From NCBI RefSeq assembly GCF_000027125.1, contig NC_017626.1: DNA of 64,000 nucleotides. The stretch is one strand, 5' to 3'. The notes under the pieces were generated by a model, which was not told where the DNA came from, did not search any database, and worked only from the letters and a program-made list of their open reading frames with translations. Positions within the stretch are counted from its first letter, which is position 1, and the number at the start of each line of letters is the position of its first letter. Positions 29,875 to 41,004 of the stretch are shown here, piece after piece. This stretch comes from Escherichia coli 042 (lineage in GTDB: Bacteria > Pseudomonadota > Gammaproteobacteria > Enterobacterales > Enterobacteriaceae). The position numbers and the translations under genes were made by a program.

Positions 29875-32103
29875 ATGTACACACAGACCCTGTATGAGTT
29901 AAGTCAGGAGGCTGAACGCCTGTTACAGCTTTCTCGCCAACAGTTGCAGTTACTGGAAAAAATGCCTCTCTCTGTCCCCGGAGACGATGCGCCACAACTG
30001 GCTTTACCCTGGAGTCAGCCCAATATCGCCGAACGTCACGCGATGCTGAATAATGAGTTGCGTAAAATTTCCCGACTGGAAATGGTGCTGGCGATTGTCG
30101 GTACCATGAAAGCAGGGAAATCAACCACCATTAATGCCATTGTTGGTACGGAGGTTTTGCCTAATCGTAATCGCCCAATGACTGCGCTGCCGACGCTTAT
30201 TCGCCATACGCCCGGGCAAAAGGAACCGGTACTGCATTTTTCACATGTCGCGCCAATCGATTGTTTAATTCAAAAATTACAACAGCGCCTGCGTGATTGC
30301 GATATTAAGCATCTGACCGATGTGCTGGAAATAGATAAAGATATGCGTGCGCTTATGCAGCGGATCGAAAATGGCGTCGCTTTCGAAAAATATTATCTGG
30401 GTGCCCAGCCTATTTTTCATTGTCTGAAAAGTTTGAATGATTTGGTGCGACTGGCGAAGGCGCTGGACGTCGATTTTCCTTTTTCTGCTTACGCCGCCAT
30501 TGAGCATATTCCCGTGATTGAAGTGGAGTTTGTCCATCTGGCGGGGCTGGAGAGTTATCCCGGTCAGTTGACGTTACTGGATACCCCTGGGCCAAATGAA
30601 GCCGGGCAACCGCATCTGCAAAAAATGCTTAACCAGCAGCTGGCACGCGCCTCGGCGGTACTGGCGGTGCTGGATTATACGCAACTGAAATCGATCTCCG
30701 ATGAAGAGGTCCGTGAGGCGATTTTGGCGGTGGGGCAATCGGTGCCGCTGTATGTGCTGGTCAATAAGTTCGATCAACAGGATCGTAACAGTGACGACGC
30801 CGACCAGGTGCGGGCACTGATTTCCGGGACGCTGATGAAAGGCTGTATTACGCCACAGCAGATATTTCCGGTGTCGTCGATGTGGGGCTACCTGGCGAAT
30901 CGGGCGCGCAATGAGTTAGCCAACAACGGTAAGTTACCACCGCCAGAGCAACAACGCTGGGTGGAAGATTTTGCCCATGCCGCGCTCGGCAGGCGCTGGC
31001 GTCATGCCGATCTGGCGGACCTCGAACATATTCGTCATGCTGCCGATCAGTTGTGGGAAGATTCGCTGTTCGCCCAGCCAATTCAGGCGTTGCTTCATGC
31101 CGCTTACGCTAACGCCTCGTTGTATGCTCTGCGATCTGCCGCGCATAAACTGTTGAATTACGCGCAGCAGGCGCGGGAATACCTGGATTTTCGTGCGCAC
31201 GGGTTAAACGTCGCTTGTGAACAATTGCGGCAAAATATCCATCAGATCGAAGAAAGTTTGCAGCTATTGCAACTCAATCAGGCGCAGGTGAGCGGCGAGA
31301 TTAAACATGAAATCGAGCTGGCCCTGACCTCCGCCAACCACTTTCTGCGTCAACAGCAAGATGCGCTGAATGCGCAGTTAGCCGCCTGGTTTCAGGATGA
31401 TTCGGAGCCGTTAAGCGAGATTCGTACCCGCTGTGAGACACTGTTACAGACGGCGCAGAACACCATCAGTCGCGACTTTACGCTGCGTTTTGCCGAGCTG
31501 GAATCCACTCTTTGCCGGGTGTTAACCGATGTTATTCGCCCCATTGAGCAACAAATCAAAATGGAATTGAGCGAGTCAGGGTTTCGTCCTGGGTTTCATT
31601 TTCCTGTTTTTCACGGCGTAGTTCCCCACTTCAACACTCGCCAGCTGTTCAGTGAAGTCATTTCGCGCCAGGACGCAATGGACGAGCAGAGCACGCGTTT
31701 AGGCGTTGTGCGTGAGACTTTTTCGCGCTGGTTGAATCAGCCCGACTGGGGACGGGGAAATGAGAAATCCCCGATAGAGACGGTTGATTACAGTGCGTTG
31801 CAACGAGCATTAAGCGCAGAAGTCGATCTTTATTGCCAACAAATGGCTAAAGTTCTGGCAGAGCAGGTCGATGAATCTGTTACGGCAGGCATGAATACTT
31901 TTTTCGCTGAGTTCGCTTCATGTTTGACGGAATTACAGACGCGTTTACGCGAAAGCCTGGCTCTGCGTCAACAAAATGAATCGGTGGTCAGGCTGATGCA
32001 GCAGCAATTGCAGCAGACTGTGATGACTCACGGCTGGATTTACACCGACGCCCAGCTGTTACGCGATGATATTCAAACACTTTTCACGGCAGAACGATAT
32101 TGA
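29875..32103 (+). CDS. crfC: Dynamin-like GTPase CrfC (YjdA)
   Basis: 742 aa with GTPase P-loop (GTMKAGKST) and long coiled-coil regions; GGAAG RBS upstream. Confidence 0.85.
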   Translation: MYTQTLYELSQEAERLLQLSRQQLQLLEKMPLSVPGDDAPQLALPWSQPNIAERHAMLNNELRKISRLEMVLAIVGTMKAGKSTTINAIVGTEVLPNRNRPMTALPTLIRHTPGQKEPVLHFSHVAPIDCLIQKLQQRLRDCDIKHLTDVLEIDKDMRALMQRIENGVAFEKYYLGAQPIFHCLKSLNDLVRLAKALDVDFPFSAYAAIEHIPVIEVEFVHLAGLESYPGQLTLLDTPGPNEAGQPHLQKMLNQQLARASAVLAVLDYTQLKSISDEEVREAILAVGQSVPLYVLVNKFDQQDRNSDDADQVRALISGTLMKGCITPQQIFPVSSMWGYLANRARNELANNGKLPPPEQQRWVEDFAHAALGRRWRHADLADLEHIRHAADQLWEDSLFAQPIQALLHAAYANASLYALRSAAHKLLNYAQQAREYLDFRAHGLNVACEQLRQNIHQIEESLQLLQLNQAQVSGEIKHEIELALTSANHFLRQQQDALNAQLAAWFQDDSEPLSEIRTRCETLLQTAQNTISRDFTLRFAELESTLCRVLTDVIRPIEQQIKMELSESGFRPGFHFPVFHGVVPHFNTRQLFSEVISRQDAMDEQSTRLGVVRETFSRWLNQPDWGRGNEKSPIETVDYSALQRALSAEVDLYCQQMAKVLAEQVDESVTAGMNTFFAEFASCLTELQTRLRESLALRQQNESVVRLMQQQLQQTVMTHGWIYTDAQLLRDDIQTLFTAERY

Positions 32104-32978
32104 CCAAGACGTTACTTGACGGCCCCGGTCGCGTGCTGGAGTCGGTTTATTCCCGCTTTTTAGTGGATTTGGCGCAGGGCGATGATGCCCGCCTTCCACA
32201 AGCCCATCAGCAGCAGTTTCGTGAACGACTGATGCAGGAACTTCTTGCGCGCGTGCAGCTTCAGGCATGGACGAACGGCGGCATGTTAAATGCGCCGCTT
32301 AGCCTGCGTCTGACATTGGTGGAAAAACTGGCGTCGATGCTGGATCCCGGTCATCTGGCGCTGACGCAGATCGCGCAGCATCTGGCGCTGCTGCAAAAAA
32401 TGGATCACCGCCAGCACTCTGCTTTCCCGGAGCTCCCCCAGCAAATTGCCGCCTTGTATGAGTGGTTTTCAGCCCGTTGTCGCTGGAAGGAAAAGGCGTT
32501 AACGCAACGAGGCCTACTGGTGCAGGCAGGTGAACAGAGCGAGCAAATTTTTACCCGCTGGCGTGCTGGGGCGTATAACGCCTGGTCGTTGCCTGGGCGC
32601 TGTTTTATCGTTCTGGAGGAGTTACGCTGGGGGGCATTTGGCGATGCCTGCCGTCTGGGAAACCCGCAAGCGGTGGCGTTGTTGCTGGGTGATTTGCGCG
32701 AGAAAGCGACACAACATCTGGCAGAGAGTATCAATGCGGCACCGACCACGCGTCACTATTACCATCAGTGGTTTGCCTCTTCGACCGTTCCGACGGGCGG
32801 GGAGCATGCTGATTTTTTAAGTTGGCTGGGAAAGTGGACCACGGCAGATAAACAACCCGTTTGCTGGTCAGTGACCCAACGTTGGCAAACTGTCGCGCTG
32901 GGGATGCCACGACTCTGTTCAGCGCAGCGTTTGGTGGGGGCAATGGTCGAGGAAATCTTCTCTGTAAATTTGGCGTAA
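32100..32978 (+). CDS. yjcZ: YjcZ, partner protein of CrfC
   Basis: 292 aa; start overlaps crfC stop (ATATTGA). Confidence 0.8.
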   Translation: MTKTLLDGPGRVLESVYSRFLVDLAQGDDARLPQAHQQQFRERLMQELLARVQLQAWTNGGMLNAPLSLRLTLVEKLASMLDPGHLALTQIAQHLALLQKMDHRQHSAFPELPQQIAALYEWFSARCRWKEKALTQRGLLVQAGEQSEQIFTRWRAGAYNAWSLPGRCFIVLEELRWGAFGDACRLGNPQAVALLLGDLREKATQHLAESINAAPTTRHYYHQWFASSTVPTGGEHADFLSWLGKWTTADKQPVCWSVTQRWQTVALGMPRLCSAQRLVGAMVEEIFSVNLA

Positions 32979-33241
32979 ATAATCAGTTACATCAATGAGT
33001 CCTAAACGAAATCCATATGTGAAGTTGATCACAAATTTAAACACTGGTAGGGTAAAAAGGTCATTAACTGCCCAATTCAGGCGTCAACTGGTTTGATTGT
33101 ACATTCCTTAACCGGAGGGTGTAAGCAAACCCGCTACGCTTGTTACAGAGATTGCATCCTGCAATTCCCGCTCCCCTTTTGCGGCCGTCGCGCTGATTTT
33201 TCTGGCGTTTGCGGAAATGGGCCAACTCTGCGAGGAAAGCT

Positions 33242-34744
33242 ATGCTGAAAAGGAAAAAAGTAAAACCAATTACCCTTCGTGATGTCACCATTATTGATGA
33301 CGGTAAACTGCGTAAAGCCATTACCGCAGCATCACTGGGTAATGCAATGGAATGGTTTGATTTTGGTGTTTATGGTTTTGTTGCTTACGCATTAGGTAAA
33401 GTTTTTTTCCCGGGGGCTGACCCCAGCGTGCAGATGGTTGCTGCACTTGCCACTTTCTCCGTTCCCTTTCTGATTCGACCGCTTGGCGGACTCTTCTTTG
33501 GTATGTTGGGCGATAAATATGGTCGCCAGAAGATCCTCGCTATCACTATTGTGATTATGTCGATCAGTACGTTCTGTATTGGCTTAATACCGTCCTACGA
33601 CACGATTGGTATTTGGGCACCGATTCTGCTGTTGATCTGTAAGATGGCACAAGGTTTCTCGGTCGGCGGTGAATATACCGGGGCGTCGATATTTGTTGCG
33701 GAATACTCCCCTGACCGTAAACGTGGATTTATGGGCAGCTGGCTGGACTTCGGTTCTATTGCCGGGTTTGTGCTGGGTGCGGGCGTGGTGGTGTTAATTT
33801 CGACCATTGTCGGCGAAGCGAACTTCCTCGACTGGGGCTGGCGTATTCCGTTCTTTATTGCTCTGCCGTTAGGGATTATCGGGCTTTACCTGCGCCATGC
33901 GCTGGAAGAGACCCCGGCGTTCCAGCAGCATGTTGATAAACTGGAGCAGGGCGACCGCGAAGGTTTGCAGGATGGCCCGAAAGTCTCGTTTAAAGAGATT
34001 GCCACCAAACACTGGCGCAGCCTGTTGACATGTATTGGTCTGGTAATTGCCACCAACGTGACTTACTACATGTTGCTGACCTATATGCCGAGTTATTTGT
34101 CGCATAACCTGCATTACTCCGAAGACCACGGGGTGCTGATTATTATCGCCATTATGATCGGTATGCTGTTTGTCCAGCCGGTGATGGGCTTGCTGAGTGA
34201 CCGTTTTGGCCGTCGTCCGTTTGTGCTGCTTGGTAGTGTTGCACTGTTTGTGTTGGCGATCCCGGCGTTTATTCTGATTAACAGTAACGTCATCGGCCTG
34301 ATTTTTGCCGGGTTACTGATGCTGGCGGTGATCCTTAACTGCTTTACGGGCGTTATGGCTTCTACCTTGCCAGCGATGTTCCCGACGCATATCCGATACA
34401 GCGCGCTGGCGGCGGCATTTAATATTTCGGTGCTGGTTGCCGGTCTGACGCCAACACTGGCGGCCTGGCTGGTCGAAAGCTCGCAGAATCTGATGATGCC
34501 TGCCTATTACCTGATGGTAGTGGCGGTGGTTGGTTTAATCACCGGCGTAACCATGAAAGAGACGGCAAATCGTCCGTTGAAAGGTGCGACACCGGCGGCG
34601 TCAGATATACAGGAAGCGAAGGAAATTCTCGTCGAGCATTACGATAATATCGAGCAGAAAATCGATGATATTGACCACGAGATTGCCGATTTGCAGGCGA
34701 AACGTACTCGCCTGGTGCAGCAACATCCGCGAATTGATGAATAA
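33242..34744 (+). CDS. proP: ProP, osmosensing proline/glycine betaine:proton symporter (MFS)
   Basis: Start chosen at MLKRKKVKPITLRDV (500 aa); 12-TM MFS with C-terminal coiled-coil (DIDHEIADLQAKRTRL). Confidence 0.95.
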   Translation: MLKRKKVKPITLRDVTIIDDGKLRKAITAASLGNAMEWFDFGVYGFVAYALGKVFFPGADPSVQMVAALATFSVPFLIRPLGGLFFGMLGDKYGRQKILAITIVIMSISTFCIGLIPSYDTIGIWAPILLLICKMAQGFSVGGEYTGASIFVAEYSPDRKRGFMGSWLDFGSIAGFVLGAGVVVLISTIVGEANFLDWGWRIPFFIALPLGIIGLYLRHALEETPAFQQHVDKLEQGDREGLQDGPKVSFKEIATKHWRSLLTCIGLVIATNVTYYMLLTYMPSYLSHNLHYSEDHGVLIIIAIMIGMLFVQPVMGLLSDRFGRRPFVLLGSVALFVLAIPAFILINSNVIGLIFAGLLMLAVILNCFTGVMASTLPAMFPTHIRYSALAAAFNISVLVAGLTPTLAAWLVESSQNLMMPAYYLMVVAVVGLITGVTMKETANRPLKGATPAASDIQEAKEILVEHYDNIEQKIDDIDHEIADLQAKRTRLVQQHPRIDE

Positions 34745-34794
34745 GCTGAAACGGATGGCCTGATGTGACGCTGTCTTATCAGGCCAATTGAAGT

Positions 34795-34811
34795 CTTAAG
34801 GTTCACTTAAT
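34795..34811 (+). promoter_or_regulatory. PmrA (BasR) box upstream of pmrR
   Basis: CTTAAGGTTCACTTAAT is a hexamer direct repeat with 5-bp spacer, matching the PmrA box pattern CTTAAT-N5-CTTAAT, about 45 bp upstream of the pmrR ATG. Confidence 0.7.
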
Positions 34812-34855
34812 CTCTGACGCGCATACTCTCCTCCAGGTTAACGGAGGAGAGTGCA

Positions 34856-34945
34856 ATGAAAAACCGTGTTTATGAAAGTTTAACTACCGTGTTCAGCGTG
34901 CTGGTGGTCAGCAGCTTTCTTTATATCTGGTTTGCCACGTACTGA
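34856..34945 (+). CDS. pmrR: PmrR, 29-aa membrane peptide (LpxT inhibitor)
   Basis: ATG at 34856 preceded by GGAGGA; encodes MKNRVYESLTTVFSVLVVSSFLYIWFATY; below the ORF-track size cutoff; its 3' end overlaps the convergent basS 3' end. Confidence 0.8.
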   Translation: MKNRVYESLTTVFSVLVVSSFLYIWFATY

Positions 34946-36012
34946 TCTTTCTTCAGCCGTACCCAGGCCCGCGTGCCGGAAGTCTCTTGCCGGTTTTGCA
35001 GGAAAAACTGCCCGTGATGCAACTGTGTAATGCGGCTGACAATACTTAACCCCAGACCAATCCCGCCATAACGGCTGTCCATACGTACAAACGCTTTACT
35101 CAACTCCCCGCATTTACTCTCATCAATACCCGGTCCTTCATCTTCAACGGCCATGACCGCTCCGCCATCTTCTTGCAGCTTAATCATAATGTTGCTGCCT
35201 TGCGGGCTGTAACGATGGGCGTTTTCTACCAGGTTTCGCAATAACATCCGCAGCAGGGTTGCATCACCTTGAACGGTGATGTCGGCGGCGCTCTCTGGCA
35301 ATAGCAGGGTTTGCTGTCGCTGGTCGAGCATGGTACTGAGTTCGTCATACGAGGGGAGAATGACATCTTCCAGCAGTTTTACATGTTGATAATTACCGGA
35401 AGAAAATGACTGTCCGGCACGCGCCAGTTGCAGCAGCTGGGAGACACTCTCCATCATCTGATCAAGCCGTGCCACTAACGGTGCTACATCAATGTGATGC
35501 GTTTTCGCCAGCAGTTCCAGATGCAAACGCACCCCCGCCAGTGGCGTTCGCAGTTCGTGCGCGACGTCAGCGGTAAACAACCTTTCGTTATCCAGCGTGC
35601 TGGTCAGGCGACTGACCAGATCGTTCAACGCCGAAACCACCGCTTCGATTTCGAGGGTGGCGCTGTGAATGGCAATAGGCGTTAAGTTGTCGGCGGTGCG
35701 CGCTTCCAGCTCTTTTTGCAGCTCCGCCAGCGGCCGGGTGATGCGGCGTACCGCCTGATAGCAGATAAATAGCGTCAGGCTGACCATAAAGACGCCGGGG
35801 ACGATCAGGCTGGCGACCGCCTCGCGGATCTCACGCATGATGTGGCGATCGTTGTTGCGATTGTCGCGTAGCGCCTGCTCAAACAGCTGAATCTGCTCGG
35901 TACTTTCATGCCATAGCCAGAAGACGCTGATCAGCTCAAACACCAACAAAATGGCCCCAATGGTCAATATCAGCCGTTGGCGCAGCGATATTGGTCGGCG
36001 CAGAAAACGCAT
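34921..36012 (-). CDS. basS: BasS (PmrB) sensor histidine kinase
   Basis: HisKA and HATPase motifs (HELRTPL, GIGLGLSIV); start uncertain between 36012 and 36021. Confidence 0.9.
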   Translation of the reverse strand: MRFLRRPISLRQRLILTIGAILLVFELISVFWLWHESTEQIQLFEQALRDNRNNDRHIMREIREAVASLIVPGVFMVSLTLFICYQAVRRITRPLAELQKELEARTADNLTPIAIHSATLEIEAVVSALNDLVSRLTSTLDNERLFTADVAHELRTPLAGVRLHLELLAKTHHIDVAPLVARLDQMMESVSQLLQLARAGQSFSSGNYQHVKLLEDVILPSYDELSTMLDQRQQTLLLPESAADITVQGDATLLRMLLRNLVENAHRYSPQGSNIMIKLQEDGGAVMAVEDEGPGIDESKCGELSKAFVRMDSRYGGIGLGLSIVSRITQLHHGQFFLQNRQETSGTRAWVRLKKDQYVANQI

Positions 36013-36021
36013 CAGATTCAA

Positions 36022-36690
36022 TTAGTTTTCCTCATTCGCGACCAGCATATAGCCAAATCCGCGCACGGTGCGGATACGGGCTTTGCCCACTTTGTCGCGC
36101 AGATTGTGGATATGCACTTCCAGGGTGTTGGTCGAGGGTTCATTGTCCCAGTTATAGATGTCGTTGTAGAGAATTTCCCGATGCACCGGGCTGCCTGCTT
36201 TAAGCATCAGGCGCGACAGCAGAGCATATTCTTTGGGCGTCAGAATCAGTTCTTCTCCGCTCATCCATACCTGGCGGCGACCCATATTCAGCGTCAGATT
36301 GCCAACAATCAGCTCACTTTCGCCCTGATTATTATGGCGTCGTAGCAGGGCGCGGATACGGGCGTGTAACTCTTCCAGCGCAAAAGGCTTCACCAGATAG
36401 TCATCGGCACCGACATCCAGCCCGGCGATTTTGTCGGTCAGCGTATCGCGAGCGGTGAGGATCAGTACCGGCAGGGTGTATTTTTTCTGCCGGATACGGG
36501 CGAGAAAATGCAGTCCATCTTCGTCGGGTAACCCTAAATCCAGTACCACCAGGCTGTAATGACCGGCCTCAAGGCTTTGTTCCGCCATCCGCGCGGTTGT
36601 CACGCCATCGCACGCGTAGCCTTCGGTTTGCGCCGCCAGAATCAATCCCTGCAATAACAGCGTATCGTCTTCAACAATCAGAATTTTCAT
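36022..36690 (-). CDS. basR: BasR (PmrA) OmpR-family response regulator
   Basis: 222 aa with receiver domain (MKILIVEDD) and winged-helix output domain. Confidence 0.95.
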   Translation of the reverse strand: MKILIVEDDTLLLQGLILAAQTEGYACDGVTTARMAEQSLEAGHYSLVVLDLGLPDEDGLHFLARIRQKKYTLPVLILTARDTLTDKIAGLDVGADDYLVKPFALEELHARIRALLRRHNNQGESELIVGNLTLNMGRRQVWMSGEELILTPKEYALLSRLMLKAGSPVHREILYNDIYNWDNEPSTNTLEVHIHNLRDKVGKARIRTVRGFGYMLVANEEN

Positions 36691-38330
36691 TCACTCACTC
36701 TCCTGCAAGTTTGCAGAATATCATCCGCAGCCTGGTAATACTTCGTCTCAACGCCAGTTAATCCCAATAGCGTGGAGAATAAATTATCTTGTGAATAGTG
36801 TTGCGTTTGCGCCTGTTTTTGCAGGCAGTTCTGGTCAACCTGATACCGTTTTTGATAATCCTCCGACAGCCACAGCAGCATCGGCACCTGTTTTTGGCTA
36901 TCCGGGGCGATGGCATAAGGCAGACCGTGCAGATAGATGCCATTTTCACCTAACGACTCACCGTGGTCAGAAAGATAAACCAGGCTGGTGGTGAATTTAT
37001 CCTGATGTTCTTTCAGCAGATTAATCGCTTTATCAACAATATAGTCGACGTAAACCAGCGTGTTGTCGTAAGTGTTCACCAGTTGCTCTTTGGTACAGGT
37101 CTGGATCTCGTTAGTGTCGCAGGTTGGGGTAAATTTCCTGAACTGCGGCGGATAGCGGTTGTAATAGGTCGGACCGTGGCTGCCGATGGTGTGTAAGACA
37201 ATCACGCCATCACCCTGCAGGTTATTGATGTACTCTTCCAGCCCGTGGAACAGCACTTCGTCATAGCATTCGCCGTTGATGCACTGACCAGGCAGATTCA
37301 GCGCGGTGACGTTCTGGTGAGGCACGCGGTCGCAGGCACCTTTACAGCCGCCATCGTTGTCATTCCACAGCACGTTGATGCCCGCTCGCTGAATGATATC
37401 CAGCACGCCTTCCTGGTGCTGTGCCAGCTCTTCTTTGTAGTGCTCACGCGGCATATCCGAGAACATGCACGGTACTGAAACTGCCGTTGCCGTGCCGCAA
37501 GATGCGGTATTAGGGAAATAGACCACGTTATCTTTTGCCAGCCGCGGGTTAGTTTCACGCGGATAGCCATTGAGGGAGAAGTTCTCCGCCCGCGAGGTTT
37601 CGCCGACAATCAGGATGGTCAAATTTTTACGTTTCTCTTTCTGCATTAATGGGTTGCGGTGCGCGTCTTCACCAATTCGCACCAGCGGCAGATTTGCCAG
37701 TCGCTGATGGGAGTACCATGACCAGCTGGCAACAATGCTGTTAGAGGGGCTTAAGGATTTCACCAGCTCTTTGTTGTTGCGGAACAATGAGGCGTAGTCT
37801 TTATAAAACAGTGCGGCGACCAGCAAAATCAGCAGTACAGACACCAGAATATTGGCTCCACGGAAAAGAACACTGCGCAGGCGCGAGGTGGCAGGTTTGA
37901 TTTTAATCCAGCAGGCAATCAGCGCAGCAAGCACGCCGCTGAATCCCAGCGTTAATAACATTTGCGGCGTCATCAACGCATAACTTTCTGCCGGAGTGGT
38001 ATCAATAATATTGGCAATCATCGAGCGGTCGATGACGATGCCGTAAGTCATTATGAAATATTGTGCAGCCGCGCCGACCAGAATAAACAGGCAGGCCAGC
38101 GGTCGATTAAGCCATAAGAAAGAGCTTAGTGTCAGGACAATATTAATCACGCTGAAGGCGACGACTGGCATCGACAAGAAAACCAGTACGTTATGCAGCG
38201 AGTCCAGCGGCAGCGCCTGCAACACCTGTTTAAAAAAGGCAATATTCAGGCAGATAGAGATATAAAAAGCGGCCAACAATAGCCAGGCGAGTAAATTCAA
38301 AGAGGGTCTTTTTAGTAGGCGCTTCAACAT
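36687..38330 (-). CDS. eptA: EptA (PmrC), lipid A phosphoethanolamine transferase
   Basis: Start chosen at [14 protein letters not shown] (547 aa); N-terminal TM domain plus sulfatase-like periplasmic domain; overlaps basR start. Confidence 0.9.
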   Translation of the reverse strand: MLKRLLKRPSLNLLAWLLLAAFYISICLNIAFFKQVLQALPLDSLHNVLVFLSMPVVAFSVINIVLTLSSFLWLNRPLACLFILVGAAAQYFIMTYGIVIDRSMIANIIDTTPAESYALMTPQMLLTLGFSGVLAALIACWIKIKPATSRLRSVLFRGANILVSVLLILLVAALFYKDYASLFRNNKELVKSLSPSNSIVASWSWYSHQRLANLPLVRIGEDAHRNPLMQKEKRKNLTILIVGETSRAENFSLNGYPRETNPRLAKDNVVYFPNTASCGTATAVSVPCMFSDMPREHYKEELAQHQEGVLDIIQRAGINVLWNDNDGGCKGACDRVPHQNVTALNLPGQCINGECYDEVLFHGLEEYINNLQGDGVIVLHTIGSHGPTYYNRYPPQFRKFTPTCDTNEIQTCTKEQLVNTYDNTLVYVDYIVDKAINLLKEHQDKFTTSLVYLSDHGESLGENGIYLHGLPYAIAPDSQKQVPMLLWLSEDYQKRYQVDQNCLQKQAQTQHYSQDNLFSTLLGLTGVETKYYQAADDILQTCRRVSE

Positions 38331-38376
38331 CACGGTGTTTCCATCGAACAAAGTGCGCATATGCTCGCAAAGCAAA

Positions 38377-38393
38377 ATTAAGCCAACCTTAAG
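38377..38393 (-). promoter_or_regulatory. PmrA (BasR) box of the eptA-basRS promoter
   Basis: Minus strand reads CTTAAGGTTGGCTTAAT (hexamer repeat, 5-bp spacer), about 45 bp upstream of the eptA ATG and embedded in a perfect 14-bp inverted repeat. Confidence 0.65.
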
Positions 38394-38433
38394 TTCTTAA
38401 GGTTGGCTTTTATGTTTGCTGGATTAAGGGGAA

Positions 38434-39771
38434 TTAATCTTTGCTTATTGGTGCATCTAAGGGATACGGGTTTTTATGCAGCCGGTTGTAATTCAGCGCA
38501 TACATGGCGGTGATGACCATCAGGGTGACAAATGACCACATAACCTCTTTCGCCCCGGACCCCACCACGGCCCAGATGCAGTAGAGGAAGGCAATGGTAG
38601 TAACTGCCAGATATACCGGGCGTGCTTTACCAAAGTGGCCGTGGCCGAGCAGCAGTAACGCCGCACAGGTGTAAAGATATGGCACCAGTGTAAAGATGAC
38701 CGAGACGGAAGAAACCAGACCGAACTCTTTGGTCGCGTTTGGTGAAATGCTGCTGAGCTGGAAGATGGTCATCAAAATACCGACGATAATCAGCCCCGCC
38801 ACTGGCGTACCCGCTTTATTAACACGGGCAAAAATCGGTGGGAACAGTCCGTCATCGGCAGCGGCTTTCGCCGTTTGACCCGCCAGCAACGTCCAGCCGC
38901 CCAGTGAACCTAAGCAACCCGCAGCTGCGCAGAAGGAAACAATGGCCCCGGCGGTGTCACCCAACGCCATCCGTGCGGCATCACCGAATGGCGAGGCAGA
39001 AACGCGCAGTGCGGCATTAGGGATCATCCCCATAATCGCGGTGGTGGAGAGTACATAGCAAACGGCGGCAATCAATACCCCACCAATGGTGGCGATAGGG
39101 ACGTTGCGTTTCGGGTTTTTCACCACACCTGCGGCAACGGAGGCACTTTCCACACCGATGAACGACCACAGCGTAACGTTAAGGGTACTTTGAATTGCAC
39201 CGAAGGTGCCCAGGCCGCTGACGTTCCATGCCGCCATATAGGTTTCACCACGGAACCAGAACCAGCCAAATACGGCAATCCCGACGATGGGGATCAGCGC
39301 CAGCACGGTGGCAACGGCCTGCACGCGGGTGATCATTTTCGGACCGACAATATTCAGCAGGACGAAGATCCACAGCACCACGACGCAGGTGATGGTTAAT
39401 ACCAATGGATCTTTCAGAATCGGGAAGAAGTAACTTAAATAACCTACGCCAATGACCACCATGGCGATATTGCCGATCCAGCAGGCCAGCCAGTAGAGGA
39501 CGTTGGTTTGATAACCGAGAAACGGCCCAAAGCAGCGACGGGCGTAAGCGTAAGAACCACCAGGACTTGGGTCGAGGAACGACATTTTGGCGTATACCAT
39601 CGAGAGCCCCAGCGCACCGATAATCGTCACCAACCATCCATAAATGGCAATCCCGCCAGTGGAGGCCAGGTTTGCAGGTAACAGAAAAACACCTGACCCC
39701 ATAATATTCCCCGACACCATCAGGGTGACGGGGATTAAGCCCACTTTGTGAGCATCAGCATCCGAAGACAT
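38434..39771 (-). CDS. adiC: AdiC, arginine:agmatine antiporter
   Basis: 445 aa APC-family transporter; context with adiY and adiA. Confidence 0.95.
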   Translation of the reverse strand: MSSDADAHKVGLIPVTLMVSGNIMGSGVFLLPANLASTGGIAIYGWLVTIIGALGLSMVYAKMSFLDPSPGGSYAYARRCFGPFLGYQTNVLYWLACWIGNIAMVVIGVGYLSYFFPILKDPLVLTITCVVVLWIFVLLNIVGPKMITRVQAVATVLALIPIVGIAVFGWFWFRGETYMAAWNVSGLGTFGAIQSTLNVTLWSFIGVESASVAAGVVKNPKRNVPIATIGGVLIAAVCYVLSTTAIMGMIPNAALRVSASPFGDAARMALGDTAGAIVSFCAAAGCLGSLGGWTLLAGQTAKAAADDGLFPPIFARVNKAGTPVAGLIIVGILMTIFQLSSISPNATKEFGLVSSVSVIFTLVPYLYTCAALLLLGHGHFGKARPVYLAVTTIAFLYCIWAVVGSGAKEVMWSFVTLMVITAMYALNYNRLHKNPYPLDAPISKD

Positions 39772-39907
39772 AATTAAACTCCTGCGAAGGCGAGCTTCGT
39801 GACAATAAATTACGTCATATCATACGCCTGCATTCGATAGTTGAATTATTATCGACCGGGTTATCGCTGATGCCGTTATTAATATAGCTCTTCGTTAAGG
39901 TTAAAAA

Positions 39908-40669
39908 TCAGGCGACAGTGCGTTCTCTGTGCTGACTAACATAATGCAGAGGCGTCATACCGTAGAAGTCTTTAAAGACAGAAATAAAGTACGACGTACT
40001 GTTGTAGCCGCAGGATTGTGATACCTGAGAGATATTTTTACCGTCCATCATTAATTCATTGACGGCATAACGCATGCGGCAGGTGGTGATTATTTGGCTA
40101 TAACTGGTGTTTTCGCTTTTCAGCTTTTTCTTTAACAGACTCGGGCTAAGACATAAACAACCGGCTACCATACTAAGATTCCAGTCTTTGTGGATATCGC
40201 TTTCAATAATTTGATAAACGCTGTCACTTACACAATTACGTAACATATACATCATTAATGAAAGGAATTTTTTACTGTCGAGAAAACGGGATAGCACAGT
40301 GAATAATAATGCACGTGTTCGTTCCTTTTCTGACTCAGTTTCAGCGGGCATCATGCTATGTTGCGCGGCAACGCGAAAGACGTCTGGCGTCAGGCATGGC
40401 AGGGTGAGGATGGGCGTAGCGCTACGTTGCCATACTGGTATTTGCGAGAGATCTTTATTCAGAAACCGGAGGTAATCTTTGATGATGTCGTGACTAATAT
40501 GAGCAACCAAAGTGTTATTAAGAGAGGAGACGTCGATAATATTATTTTCACAATTTAATAACGCCATATGGTTAGCTTTAAGGCTAATAGGTTCTTTCCC
40601 ATTCACCCTTATCCAGACATCTTTTTCAGTCAATAAAACAATACAAGGTTGGTCGCTGCAAATCCTCAT
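39908..40669 (-). CDS. adiY: AdiY, AraC-family activator of the adi system
   Basis: 253 aa with C-terminal AraC-type HTH. Confidence 0.9.
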   Translation of the reverse strand: MRICSDQPCIVLLTEKDVWIRVNGKEPISLKANHMALLNCENNIIDVSSLNNTLVAHISHDIIKDYLRFLNKDLSQIPVWQRSATPILTLPCLTPDVFRVAAQHSMMPAETESEKERTRALLFTVLSRFLDSKKFLSLMMYMLRNCVSDSVYQIIESDIHKDWNLSMVAGCLCLSPSLLKKKLKSENTSYSQIITTCRMRYAVNELMMDGKNISQVSQSCGYNSTSYFISVFKDFYGMTPLHYVSQHRERTVA

Positions 40670-41004
40670 ACATGTACTCCTGAGTGCGAATAAAAGACCA
40701 GTTCTCGCTAAAGCGAAGCGATACCGGGAAATGGTTATATAATTGTATGATGAATATAAACATGCATAAAAATAACGAGTTTTACTAATATTACAAATTT
40801 TTATAGTAATTTCTCATGTACATATTTTTTTACAGGCTAAAAAAAGGATAAATAACAGGCAAAAAAAAGCGCGGGGTGGGACCGCGCAAAAAGCATGACA
40901 TTTTTTGTTTGCAGCAATTTTTATGAAAACGTTGCCATACTTAAAAGGCCTCAAGCCAGGCGGCGTAATGTTATTTAACAATTACGCCTTCAGCGGAATA
41001 GTGG

